Assembly (NCBI GenBank): GCA_965248195.1
Contig: CBDFIQ010000001.1
Location: forward strand, 544,001 to 608,000
DNA length: 64,000 nucleotides
Reading direction: 5' to 3'
Origin: Longimicrobiales bacterium
GTDB taxonomy: Bacteria > Gemmatimonadota > Gemmatimonadetes > Longimicrobiales > Gaopeijiaceae
Shown here: positions 39,951 through 49,759 of the stretch, one piece after another
Layout: every line of letters begins with the position of its first letter
How positions within the stretch are numbered: the stretch's first letter is position 1
Made by a program: the position numbers and the translations under genes
The notes under the pieces: generated by a model
The model's database searches: none
What the model was told of the DNA's origin: nothing
What the model saw: the letters and a program-made list of their open reading frames with translations, nothing else

Positions 39951-41450
39951 TCAGGTTGGGGAGGTGAGCATCGCACACGCGCGTAGGAGGGCGCGGGCCT
40001 TGTTCAGCGTCTCCTCATACTCCCGTCCCGGGTCGGAGTCGGCCACGACACCCCCGCCCGCCTGTACGTAGGCCGTACCGTCCTTCACGAGCACCGTGCG
40101 GATCGTGATCGCCGTGTCCATCGAGGTGCCGCCCCATCCGAAATGCCCGACCGCACCCGCATAGGGGCCCCTCCGCGTCGGTTCGAGCTCATCGATGATC
40201 TCCATCGCTCGGACCTTGGGCGCGCCCGACACTGTCCCGGCCGGGAAACAGGCCCTGAACACGTCCATGGCCGACAGCCCACGCTTGAGCTTCCCCTCGA
40301 CCTGGCTCACGAGGTGCATGACGTGCGAGTACCGCTCTACAATCATGAGATCGGGCACCGTGATAGACCCATAGTCGGCAACACGGCCGACATCATTCCG
40401 GCCCAGGTCCACCAGCATCCGGTGTTCGGCAAGCTCCTTCTCGTCCGCCTGGAGATCGAGCGCAAAGGCGCGGTCCTCCTCCGGTGTCGCTCCCCTCGGA
40501 CGGGTCCCGGCGATGGGCCGCACCGTAACGAGGTCATCCTCGACTCGCACAAGGACCTCGGGCGAGCTTCCGACGAGTGAAAACCCATCGAGCTCGAGAA
40601 AATACAGATATGGGGACGGGTTGAGCGAACGAAGCACCCTGTAAAGCTCGAAGGGCTCGGCGGGCATGGGCATCGCGAGCCGCTGGCTCAGAACCACCTG
40701 GAAGGCGTCGCCGGCAAAGATGTATTCACGGATCCGTTCGACTCCCGCTTCGTACTCTGCGCGAGTCATCGTGCTGGAAAAATCCGGGTCCTCATTGGGT
40801 TCGGGGCCGACCACCAGCGGTGGCGGCGGAGCGCCCTCGGTAAGCTGCGAGACCAGCCGCTGTGTCTTGTCGGCGGCCTCATCGTACCTGGCGCGAAGCT
40901 CGTCGTCGCCCAAGCCTGCCTCGACCTCGACGGTTGCGATCGCCATGGCACGCCCGAGAAGGTTGTCGATGGCAAGCACGACATCCATGAACATGAAAAG
41001 CCCGTCGGGCAGCCCGAGATCGTCCTCCGTTTCATCTGGGAGCCGCTCGACCTGGCGCACAACATCGTACCCGAAGTACCCTACTGCACCTCCCCACAGT
41101 CTCGGGAGGCCCCCGGTGGCCAACGGTCGCCGGGCTCGCAACCGCTCGTCGAGGTCGGTCAGAGGATCGTCGGTGGCGATCGGTGACCAACCGCCGCCGG
41201 GCGTCCATATTTCCGCCCGGTCCCCATGGAGGCGCCATGCCTGGGCCGGCGCACTCCCCAGAAAGGTGTACCGGGCCCATTGATCGCCCCCTACAACGGA
41301 CTCGAGCAGAAAACCGAAAGGCGGACGACGAATCTTCGCGTAGGCGGTGACCGCCGTATCGACGTCGAACAGGAACTCCCTCCACACCGGGAGGACACCC
41401 GTGCCAGTCGCCTGGGCGCAAAATTCTTCTAGTGTAGGCTTGAGTTCCAT
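39951..41450 (-). CDS. trpE: Anthranilate synthase component I
   Basis: LLES Trp-binding motif, FQVVLSQR, NPSPY, PIAGTRPRG, EHRMLVDLGRND, PAGTVSGAPK. Confidence 0.95.
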   Translation of the reverse strand: MELKPTLEEFCAQATGTGVLPVWREFLFDVDTAVTAYAKIRRPPFGFLLESVVGGDQWARYTFLGSAPAQAWRLHGDRAEIWTPGGGWSPIATDDPLTDLDERLRARRPLATGGLPRLWGGAVGYFGYDVVRQVERLPDETEDDLGLPDGLFMFMDVVLAIDNLLGRAMAIATVEVEAGLGDDELRARYDEAADKTQRLVSQLTEGAPPPPLVVGPEPNEDPDFSSTMTRAEYEAGVERIREYIFAGDAFQVVLSQRLAMPMPAEPFELYRVLRSLNPSPYLYFLELDGFSLVGSSPEVLVRVEDDLVTVRPIAGTRPRGATPEEDRAFALDLQADEKELAEHRMLVDLGRNDVGRVADYGSITVPDLMIVERYSHVMHLVSQVEGKLKRGLSAMDVFRACFPAGTVSGAPKVRAMEIIDELEPTRRGPYAGAVGHFGWGGTSMDTAITIRTVLVKDGTAYVQAGGGVVADSDPGREYEETLNKARALLRACAMLTSPT

Positions 41451-41501
41451 GGATCCTGGCAGGCAGTTTGAACAGGCGTCCCGAAGGGGGCCAAGAAACT
41501 T

Positions 41502-43568
41502 ATGAGTGAAGCGAAAAAGGGAAAGATCCCCAGCGTGATGCCTGTGGATAAGGGAGAGATCCCCAGGGTGGTGCCTTTGGATAAGGGAGAGATCCCCGCC
41601 GTAGTGGCCGTGGATACTGGAGGGACGTTTACGGATGTCCTCCTCCTGGACGAAGGACGCCTTCGCTCTTTGAAACTTCCTTCGACGCCTACCGATCCGT
41701 CCGACGCGGTTCTGGAGGGCCTGCGGAAGGTGCTGGACGGCGTCGAGAATGGAGCCGACAGGACGTTCGTGCTCCTCCACGGATCCACTGTGGCCACCAA
41801 CGCCATTCTCGAGCGAAAGGGAGCCCGGGTAAAGCTCGTTACGAACGCGGGCTTCGAGGACGTCATAGAGATCGGCAGGCAGAATCGGCCCCAGCTATAC
41901 GCCCTCGTCGGCCACCGTCCTCCGCCACTCGTAGAACGCGATGACCGTCACGGCATCCGAGGCAGGATAGGGCCCGACGGTGAGGTCATCGAGGCGCTCG
42001 ACGCCGTCGAACTCGGGGCGCTACCTGAGTTGCTGGCCGGGGCGGAATCGGTGGCGGTCGTACTTCTACACTCCTATGCGAATTCCACTCATGAAGAAAG
42101 CGTCGCGGACGCACTGACAGAGCTGGAGATTCCGTTGTCCATCTCGGTCAGGCTGCTCCCCGAATACCGGGAGTACGAGCGAACCTCGACCGCGGTCGTG
42201 AACGCCTACGTGGCACCGCTTATCTCGGCGTACCTGAAGCGCCTGGCCCGGGAGACCGGAGCGGAGCGCGTGAGTGTCATGGGGTCGAACGGCGGGTCGC
42301 TGCCCGTGGACCGTGCTGCCCGGGAGCCGGTGCACATGATCCTCTCCGGCCCTGCGGGGGGGGTGGTAGGGGCGCTCGCGTGCGGGCGCCGAGCCGGGCA
42401 CGAGCGCATCATCACCTTCGATATGGGGGGAACCTCCACCGACGTTTCTCTGTGCCCGGGAGCCCCTCTCCACACGAGAGAGTTGGAGATCGGCGGACAG
42501 CCCGTCGCGATCCCAGTCATCGACATCCATACTGTTGGCGCGGGGGGTGGATCTTTGGCACGAATCGACCCCGGAGGTGCCCTGCGTGTGGGACCGGAGT
42601 CGGCGGGTGCCGATCCCGGCCCCATCTGTTACGGGAAGGGCGGAGCGGGCGTCACGGTTACGGATGCACACGTCTGGCTAGGAAGGTTGCCCGCCGATGC
42701 CTTTTTGGGAGGGGAGCAGACGCTGGACCGGTCGGCGGTCGAACCGCACCTCCGTAGTATTGCGGATCGTCTCGGAGCGAGTCTCGAAGGCGCGGCCGAG
42801 GGCATCCTGGAGGTCGCCAACGCAGCCATGGAGCGTGCCTTACGGGTCATCTCGGTGGAACGGGGCCACGATCCAGCGGAGTTCACCCTCGTAGCCTTCG
42901 GCGGCGCCGGCGGGCTACACGCCGCGCACTTGGCCGACCGGCTGGGTACGGGACGTGCCATGGTGCCCCCCCGCCCAGGACTCCTTTCGGCATACGGGAT
43001 GCTCGCCGCCGACATCACGCGGGAGGTCTCCAGGACGGTGTTGATTTCCACAGCCTCGGCCAACGCCCATGAGAGCGTCGAGAGTGTGTTCACCGAGTTG
43101 GAGCAGGCCGCCGCCGCGGCCATGGCGGACGAGGGCGTGCCCGATGACTACCTCTCATTGCAGAAATGGGTGGATGCTCGGTACGAACGCCAGAGCTTCG
43201 AGCTGAGAGTCCCCGGCGAGGACTGGGACACGCGGTTCCACGCTCTGCACGAAAAACGATACGGATATCAGCGCCCCGCCACACCCGTCGAGGCTGTCAC
43301 CCTCCGCTCCATCGCCTCGGCGCCCGGGCCGCCGCTCGAGCTGGAGCGTATCCCGCACACGGGCGTCGCGCCTACCGTCGGACACACACGGGTGTATGCA
43401 GAGGACGAGTGGACTGAGGTGGACCGTGTCTGGCGCAGTGACCTGGGCCCGGACCTGACGCTTGATGGGCCGGCTCTGGTGTTAGAATACAGTTCGACCA
43501 CTTGGGTCCCCCGAGGCTGGGGGCTCTCGGTCGATGAATGGGGGAACCTGCACCTCTCCGCGACGTAG
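41502..43568 (+). CDS. Hydantoinase A / 5-oxoprolinase alpha-subunit family
   Basis: DTGGTFTD, HGSTVATNA, SGPAGG, DMGGTSTD, GAGGGS, SAGADPGPICY. Confidence 0.93.
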   Translation: MSEAKKGKIPSVMPVDKGEIPRVVPLDKGEIPAVVAVDTGGTFTDVLLLDEGRLRSLKLPSTPTDPSDAVLEGLRKVLDGVENGADRTFVLLHGSTVATNAILERKGARVKLVTNAGFEDVIEIGRQNRPQLYALVGHRPPPLVERDDRHGIRGRIGPDGEVIEALDAVELGALPELLAGAESVAVVLLHSYANSTHEESVADALTELEIPLSISVRLLPEYREYERTSTAVVNAYVAPLISAYLKRLARETGAERVSVMGSNGGSLPVDRAAREPVHMILSGPAGGVVGALACGRRAGHERIITFDMGGTSTDVSLCPGAPLHTRELEIGGQPVAIPVIDIHTVGAGGGSLARIDPGGALRVGPESAGADPGPICYGKGGAGVTVTDAHVWLGRLPADAFLGGEQTLDRSAVEPHLRSIADRLGASLEGAAEGILEVANAAMERALRVISVERGHDPAEFTLVAFGGAGGLHAAHLADRLGTGRAMVPPRPGLLSAYGMLAADITREVSRTVLISTASANAHESVESVFTELEQAAAAAMADEGVPDDYLSLQKWVDARYERQSFELRVPGEDWDTRFHALHEKRYGYQRPATPVEAVTLRSIASAPGPPLELERIPHTGVAPTVGHTRVYAEDEWTEVDRVWRSDLGPDLTLDGPALVLEYSSTTWVPRGWGLSVDEWGNLHLSAT
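41517..41615 (+). repeat. Three 33-bp tandem repeats in the 5' end of the hydantoinase A gene
   Basis: AAGGGA(A/G)AGATCCCC...TGGAT x3, encoding KGKIPSVMPVD / KGEIPRVVPLD / KGEIPAVVAVD. Confidence 0.92.
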
Positions 43569-43657
43569 CACGAGCGCGGAAGGGCGCGCGCCGAGCACCT
43601 TCGCTGAAAATCCCCCGGCACCTGGCACCTGGCACTGGCACCTCGAGCAGAGCAACG

Positions 43658-45994
43658 ATGAACCGCAGTCAAAAGCGCCCGACCCCCACGCTCGTGCCGG
43701 AGGGAGGAGAGCAGGCCACCAACACTCCCGACGACGGCGAGCCGATCTACATCTGGGCACTGATCGTCTCCCTCGGTGTCGGCCTCCTCTATACGGTCAC
43801 GCTGTCGCCGACGACCGCCTTCTGGGATACGAGCGAGTACATCGCCACGGGGCACATCCTCGGAATCCCCCATCCACCGGGAAATCCTCTTTTCGTGCTG
43901 ATGGCCCGCACGTGGGAGCTTTTCCTGGCGCCCCTGGGGCTCTCGGTCGCGACACGGATCAACCTGTTCTCAGCCCTCATGGGCAGTGTCGCCCATGGTC
44001 TCTGGTTCCTAGCGGTCTATCACGTCCTTTCATTTTTTTCCGACGATCGTCGGTTCCGCATCGTCGGCGCGATTGCCGCCGTAGTCGTGAGCGCCACCGC
44101 GTTCACCGTATGGAACCAGTCCAACGTGAACGAGAAGGTCTACACGGTCTCGCTCATGACCATCGCCCTGCTCACGTGGTTGGCCTTTCACTGGCGCGAA
44201 AACCTCGGCAAGGGCCGAGATGACAACCTTCTGATACTCATCGCGTTCATCCTGGCGCTGTCGGTAGGAAACCATCTCATGGCGTTCCTCGCCGCCCCCG
44301 CGCTCGCCCTGTTCATCCTCTGGGTCTCTCCCAGGGTACTGCTCAATTGGCGTCTCTACGCGGTCGGCTCTCTCGCCATATTCCTCGGTCTTTCCATCCA
44401 CCTCTTCTTGCCCTTGCGGGCGGCGCTCGGCCCCATCATCAACGAGGCCGACCCGACCTGTTCCAGTCTCCAGAGCGCCCTCGCGAGCATCGTGACGATG
44501 GGCCAAGCGGGTTGTACGGAGCTTTCAGCGGCGCTGTCGAGGCAACAGTACCTCAAGCCCCCGGTGCTACCGCGGGCGTCGCCCCTGTGGTCGCAGTTCA
44601 CGAACTACTTACAGTATTTCGACTGGCAATGGGCGAGGGGCATGGGCGGGTCCCAAACGGTCTTCCCGCTCGTCAGACTCCCATTCACGTTTTTGTTCGC
44701 GTGTCTGGGACTGTACGGCGCGGTCCAACATTTGCGGAGAGACTCGGCCACGGGGCTCTACCTCCTGGCCCTCTTCGCCACACTCTCCATCGGCCTCGTC
44801 TTTTACCTCAATTTCTCGTACGGCTTTTCGCTCGCCTCTCCGAGTCCGGCGGACGTTCACGAAGTCCGCGAGCGGGATTACTTCTTCGTCGTCGGTTTTT
44901 CGGTGTGGGGGCTCTGGGCGGGCATCGGAATCGCCGCGCTCTGGCAAGGGGCCGCCGCACACCTGAAAGGCTCGTGGTCCCGAGCCGCGCCGGTGCTGGC
45001 CCTGGCCCTCATCCCGCTTCTGTCCAACTGGCCGTGGGCAACGCGCCGAGCGGACTACTCCGCGCGGGATTGGGCGTACAACCTCTTGATGAGCGTGGAA
45101 CCATATGGCGTTCTTTTTACCAACGGTGACAACGACACGTTTCCACTTTGGTATCTGCAGGAAGCCGAGGGCATACGCCGTGACGTGACCGTCGTCGTCA
45201 CCTCCTACCTCAATTTGGATTGGTACGTCAAGCAGATTCGAGATCTCACCACCCCGTGCCCCGCGGGTGTACAGGCGAGTGACAGCAGGACCACCATCGT
45301 ATGTCAACGACCGTATGACCCTCAGGAGGGCGAACCGCTCTATACCGCTGACCCGAGCGCCGCGAATTCTCAGGGACGGATTGTGATCCTCATGGAGAGT
45401 CCGCTGACGCCGCCCACCCGAACGACACTCCCTCTGGAAAACGAAATCATTGAACAGGTTGCCGGACCAGCGGGTTACGTCGCGCTCGACGAGGACCGCG
45501 ATTTTCTCCTCGGACCCGTGGTGGCGAGAATAGCGGGGGGAACCGTCATCTATCCCTGGCAGCAGTTCGCTTTACGGCTGATTCAAACCAGCGTCGAAGA
45601 CCGGCCGATCTATTTCGCATCGAGCGGAAGCGCTGCCCGGGAGCTGGGTGTCGTGCCCTACCTCGTTAGGCATGGGCTGGCCTTTCGACTGTCCCCGGGT
45701 CCTCCAGACTTGAACTCCCGGAACATCTTGCTCGAAGACCCACAAATCATCCCGGTTACCGGGGCCTGGTTGGACGTGGAGCGCACTCGGACTTTAGTGG
45801 AAGAGGTCTTCTTGCATCGGACCGGAATCCCCGATGAGTGGAGCCATTGGCCCGATCGCTCCACCGTCGGAATTCCGAGCTATTATGCCTGGGTTTTTGC
45901 AGCGCTCGCGCAGAGCGCTCTCCAGAGCGGTGAGGACGAACAGCGGCGCGCCTACGAGGAACGCCTGATCGCCTGGCAGACCCTGGGGAGTTAG
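43658..45994 (+). CDS. DUF2723 / TMEM260-like GT-C glycosyltransferase
   Basis: WDTSEY, LGIPHPPGNPLF, VNEKVY, EVRERDYFF, FTNGDNDTFPLWY; many TM helices. Confidence 0.88.
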   Translation: MNRSQKRPTPTLVPEGGEQATNTPDDGEPIYIWALIVSLGVGLLYTVTLSPTTAFWDTSEYIATGHILGIPHPPGNPLFVLMARTWELFLAPLGLSVATRINLFSALMGSVAHGLWFLAVYHVLSFFSDDRRFRIVGAIAAVVVSATAFTVWNQSNVNEKVYTVSLMTIALLTWLAFHWRENLGKGRDDNLLILIAFILALSVGNHLMAFLAAPALALFILWVSPRVLLNWRLYAVGSLAIFLGLSIHLFLPLRAALGPIINEADPTCSSLQSALASIVTMGQAGCTELSAALSRQQYLKPPVLPRASPLWSQFTNYLQYFDWQWARGMGGSQTVFPLVRLPFTFLFACLGLYGAVQHLRRDSATGLYLLALFATLSIGLVFYLNFSYGFSLASPSPADVHEVRERDYFFVVGFSVWGLWAGIGIAALWQGAAAHLKGSWSRAAPVLALALIPLLSNWPWATRRADYSARDWAYNLLMSVEPYGVLFTNGDNDTFPLWYLQEAEGIRRDVTVVVTSYLNLDWYVKQIRDLTTPCPAGVQASDSRTTIVCQRPYDPQEGEPLYTADPSAANSQGRIVILMESPLTPPTRTTLPLENEIIEQVAGPAGYVALDEDRDFLLGPVVARIAGGTVIYPWQQFALRLIQTSVEDRPIYFASSGSAARELGVVPYLVRHGLAFRLSPGPPDLNSRNILLEDPQIIPVTGAWLDVERTRTLVEEVFLHRTGIPDEWSHWPDRSTVGIPSYYAWVFAALAQSALQSGEDEQRRAYEERLIAWQTLGS

Positions 45995-46143
45995 TCGCTT
46001 ATTAACATCCGCTCAACCCAAGACGGCTTCGCCCCAGGAAGAAAGTCGGGGTGGCACCGGAGACACGGTTGTGAGGGACCGAGGGTTCGAAGTAATGTTC
46101 GCCCTAATCATCGACTACCGCTTCCGAATCAAAGGAGAATCTC

Positions 46144-46587
46144 ATGGCGACGGATGCGCCTGCCCAAAACTATGACAACCACCGGAAGTTCGTTCCCGGG
46201 TTTCACGCCGTGGCGTTCGGAATCCTCGCGATCAATTTTTTTTACTCGTTGTACGTGACCATCACGGCTCTCTCCGTGGATTCAGTCATCGCACTTCTAT
46301 TGGCCATCGGACTGATCATGGTCATGTTTTACGCCCGACTTTTCGCGCTCGGCGCCCAGGATCGTGTCATCCGCCTCGAGGAACGACTCCGCCTTCATGA
46401 CCTGCTACCGCCGGATCAGAAACACGTGATCGACAAGCTGACTACCGCCCAACTCATCGGGCTCCGGTTCGCTTCGGACGGCGAGGTCCCGGCCTTGGTC
46501 GCGACGGTATCCGCCGAGGGGATCGAGGACCGCGAAGAGATCAAGAAACGGGTGACGAATTGGCGCGCCGACGACCAGCGGCTCTAG
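46144..46587 (+). CDS. DUF6526-like membrane protein
   Basis: QNYDNH, QDRVIRLEERLR, QLIGLRFASD, WRAD; AAGGAG RBS. Confidence 0.8.
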   Translation: MATDAPAQNYDNHRKFVPGFHAVAFGILAINFFYSLYVTITALSVDSVIALLLAIGLIMVMFYARLFALGAQDRVIRLEERLRLHDLLPPDQKHVIDKLTTAQLIGLRFASDGEVPALVATVSAEGIEDREEIKKRVTNWRADDQRL

Positions 46588-46665
46588 AGCGGATCGCCCT
46601 ACCCACCCCTGACGGGTGGATGTAGAAGACTGTTGGAGGAGGACGGCGGGTCGCCTTCTGGGGAG

Positions 46666-48096
46666 TCAGTGAATCTGCAGCTTTCCCACCCCGCTTCGCT
46701 GCAAGCGGGCGAACGGTGATCCGCGCCGGTCGACCCCCAATTCGACGATCCAATCGAACCATTCGGGTGTGGCGTCGAGAATGTCACCACGGCAAAAGAG
46801 AAGAATCTTCGGCACGCGGACGAGCAGGGTCCGAAGGAGCCCAACCGCTCTCAACTTGGCGTCGGGCTCGAGGCGATCGAAGGTGTCTCCGAGGAGGATC
46901 TCGGGCGCGTGCACACCGCAACCGGCGGCCAAGTCGACGAGGGCGAGCCGTAACGCGAACAGATACACGGCCACCTCCTCGTCGGAGTGGATTCTGCGAG
47001 CGCCATCGTCTCGAACGATTGTGGGCTCGCCATCGCCCGTCACGCCGACCCCGAGCACACCACCGCTCGTCAGGTGATTCAGGTAGCGGCCAGTCCGGGC
47101 GGTCAACGCCTCGCGGGCGTCGGACAGAAGTTCTCGGCGTAGAGCCTCCAACGCACGGCGACGGAGATCCGATTCGTCCCTAGACGATCCGGCGCCCCCA
47201 CCCCCACCCGGCTTCGAGGGGCTCTCCCCTACCTGGGCCATCGCGAGGGCGTCTTCGGCTTCAGTCAACTCCGGCAATCGGGCCCTCAGCCGTTCAACCT
47301 CTTCGGTGCACTCCGCGATCGTGGCCTGGAGACGTATGGATTTCCCCTCGAGGTCCTGTAGATGAGCGGGTTTAAAGTCCAGTTGCTCTCTACGGCGTTT
47401 CCACCAGCTCCCGTCCTGCACCACCGACTCCCATTCCTCACGGAGCACCTCCAGGACCGACTCGAACCGCTCGCTGAGCATCCGGTCGCAGGTCGGGCAC
47501 GCCGTATCCTTGCCCCCCTCCTCGAGCTGCTGTAGGCGGACCTTGAGCTCCCGCGCGCGGTCGCGATACGCGAGGAGGTGTGTCTCGGCATCCTGTCGCT
47601 CACGGAGCCAATCCATGTTTGCGACTTCCAGATCTCCGCCCACCTCGAGCGCGTCCGCTCGCAACCCTCGCAGCTCACGGGCCTTAACACGAAGTGCCTC
47701 GGGAAGGCGCCTCAACTCCTGTACCCGTGCGCGGAGCCCCTCCACCCCCGAGTCCGTCCACAGTGAATCGTCGTCGGCTCGGGGGCCTCCGTGGATCAGG
47801 GCGGCGACCTCCTGGTCCACGCCCTCGAGGCCCGACCACTGCGCCAGAACGCGAACGGCGCGGCGCCATGCGAGTGCTGGCCCGACGTTGCCCGGCCCAG
47901 CGATCAACGTCTGAAGACGCTCGTCATCCTCGGCCAGGCGACGAGCGAACCGGTCCATGACCTCGCTGCGCAGGGGGCCGTCCCCCCCGACCAGAGCCGT
48001 CAGCCCGGCACCGAGCTGGAGATCGAGCGGTCCCTGGTTGGCCCCTACGGCGCCCGTATCGACGGAATCCACGGTTACTGACGCTCGGGGAGACAT
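46666..48096 (-). CDS. Short, degenerate SbcC/Rad50-like protein
   Basis: Coiled coils around a CPTC zinc hook, C-terminal FALRLAL. Walker A/B and signature motifs are degenerate. Confidence 0.72.
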   Translation of the reverse strand: MSPRASVTVDSVDTGAVGANQGPLDLQLGAGLTALVGGDGPLRSEVMDRFARRLAEDDERLQTLIAGPGNVGPALAWRRAVRVLAQWSGLEGVDQEVAALIHGGPRADDDSLWTDSGVEGLRARVQELRRLPEALRVKARELRGLRADALEVGGDLEVANMDWLRERQDAETHLLAYRDRARELKVRLQQLEEGGKDTACPTCDRMLSERFESVLEVLREEWESVVQDGSWWKRRREQLDFKPAHLQDLEGKSIRLQATIAECTEEVERLRARLPELTEAEDALAMAQVGESPSKPGGGGGAGSSRDESDLRRRALEALRRELLSDAREALTARTGRYLNHLTSGGVLGVGVTGDGEPTIVRDDGARRIHSDEEVAVYLFALRLALVDLAAGCGVHAPEILLGDTFDRLEPDAKLRAVGLLRTLLVRVPKILLFCRGDILDATPEWFDWIVELGVDRRGSPFARLQRSGVGKLQIH

Positions 48097-48383
48097 TCCT
48101 GAACCAACTCAACGAGAGCCTCAAAATTATCACCCTGGTCCGCAAGGCGCTCGACCAGCTTGGAAGCCAACCGCCTGGAGGGCTTGACCGCCTGAGAGAA
48201 ATGCCCCCACGGCGTGTCATCGAGCTGCACCTCGAGGTGTAGTGCACGCCGCCGATACTCTGGCAGCACGCCGTCGAGGAGGTCCAGGCGTCCTGGTGGG
48301 AGCCCCTGAATTCGAATCCGGACGATCTTCTCCTCGATCCCGCCGGGCACCTCGACGAGTACCTCCCGTACCCGCTCCCTCAG

Positions 48384-49759
48384 GGTCAAGTCCCGATTTG
48401 TGTGTAAAAGCGGAGGAAGCTCCTCGCCTTCGGCTAGGCTGCTTGGGCGACCTCCTGTTTCTGGAGGAGTGAGAGGTCGAGGTAACGCCGGTCGCCCCAG
48501 ACGTGTGTGGTCCTGAGTGCGACGGCCGTGATGAGCCTGAGGGCGCTGGCCCGGTCCGGGAAGGCGCCGGCGGCCTTGATCCTGCGTTTGATCTCGCCGT
48601 GCAGCCGCTCGAGGCTGTTGGTGGTACGCAGCCGGGGCCAGTGCGCCTCGGGGAACGCGTAGAACTGCGTCGCTGCCCCGAAGCCCCGCTCCAGGACCTC
48701 CACGGCCTCGGGCAGCTCCTTCTTCCAGCGTGCGCCGAACTCGCCCAGGAGCTTCTTCGCCTCGGCGAGTCCGGATGTCTGGAAGATCACCGAGACCTCA
48801 CGCGCCACGCGCTTGCGTAGGCGGTGGGGGACCCTCGCCCCCACATTACGCTGCAGATGGACCGTACACCTCTGACGGCGTGCCTCGGGCAGGAAGCGGC
48901 GGACCGCAGCTGCCAGGCCTGCGTGCTCATCGGCGATCACGAGCTCGACACCGCCGAGGCCGCGGTCCTGGAGTTGCTCGAGGAGCTCCGACCAGCTCTG
49001 CTGCGACTCCTCAGCGCCCAGCGTGACGGCCAGGAGCCGTCGGTGACCCTCAGGGCCCACTGCATACGCCACGAGCGCACTCACGTTCTCGACTTTGCGG
49101 GCCCAGCGGGCGTCCAAGAACGTGGCGTCCAGGTACAGATAGGGGTGAGGCCCCTCGATCGGCGCACGGCGCAGCCCTTCCACGGCCTCGTCGAGCCGTT
49201 TTGCCACACGACTCACCGTCGAGCGCCCAACACGCTCGCCCATCAGCGCCTCGGTGACGTCGCCCATCTTGCGCTGTGACACGCCGCTCACATACGCCTC
49301 GACCATCATCTCGTCGAGCTCGGGGCTCCTGCGCTGGTAGCGGCCGATCACGTCGGCCGGCGAACCGTTGTCCCGGCTCCGGGGCATGGCGACCTCGATC
49401 TGCCCCAGGCTCGTCAGCAGCCGCCTCAGGTATGTGCCGTTCCTATGGTCCTTCCGGCTTCCCACCCGCTCGAAGCGGCGTGCACCTACCATGGCCTTCA
49501 GCTCCTCTTCCAGCACCATCTCGAGCGTCAGCCGGATCGCGCCTTGAAACAGCTCGCGCAAATCATCGCGTAGCTCGTCTTGCGTGGCCCGACCGATCTC
49601 CACAATCTCTTGCATCGGAAGCTCCTCTCCGGTTCCGAGCCTGCTCTGCAGACCCGGACTCCCGGGTTCATGTGACAGTGAACAACAACAGAGGAGCTTC
49701 CGTTTTTCTTTCCCTCCTGTCCAGCTTATCCGCTTTTACACAAATCTAGGGACACTACC
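48384..49759 (-). mobile_element. IS256 family insertion sequence (1376 bp)
   Basis: Imperfect terminal IRs 48384-48414 and 49729-49759 (24/31 match, core TGTGTAAAAGCGGA). Direct repeat CTCCCTCAG at 48375-48383 and 49760-49768. Confidence 0.93.
48434..49615 (-). CDS. IS256 family (Mutator) transposase
   Basis: RNGTY, GVSQRK, LYLDA, VIADEHAGL, QRCTVHLQRN, TTNSLERLHGEIKRR. Confidence 0.96.
   Translation of the reverse strand: MQEIVEIGRATQDELRDDLRELFQGAIRLTLEMVLEEELKAMVGARRFERVGSRKDHRNGTYLRRLLTSLGQIEVAMPRSRDNGSPADVIGRYQRRSPELDEMMVEAYVSGVSQRKMGDVTEALMGERVGRSTVSRVAKRLDEAVEGLRRAPIEGPHPYLYLDATFLDARWARKVENVSALVAYAVGPEGHRRLLAVTLGAEESQQSWSELLEQLQDRGLGGVELVIADEHAGLAAAVRRFLPEARRQRCTVHLQRNVGARVPHRLRKRVAREVSVIFQTSGLAEAKKLLGEFGARWKKELPEAVEVLERGFGAATQFYAFPEAHWPRLRTTNSLERLHGEIKRRIKAAGAFPDRASALRLITAVALRTTHVWGDRRYLDLSLLQKQEVAQAA

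Noticed and set aside
41451..41501. trp attenuator / leader peptide
   Set aside because: Only 51 bp between divergent starts; no Trp-codon leader or terminator seen.
41517..41615. 33-bp repeats as a CRISPR array
   Set aside because: Contiguous in-frame coding repeats with no unique spacers and no cas genes.
46603..46619. CCACCC-CTGAC-GGGTGG hairpin as a terminator or REP
   Set aside because: Short stem with no U-tract and no second copy seen.
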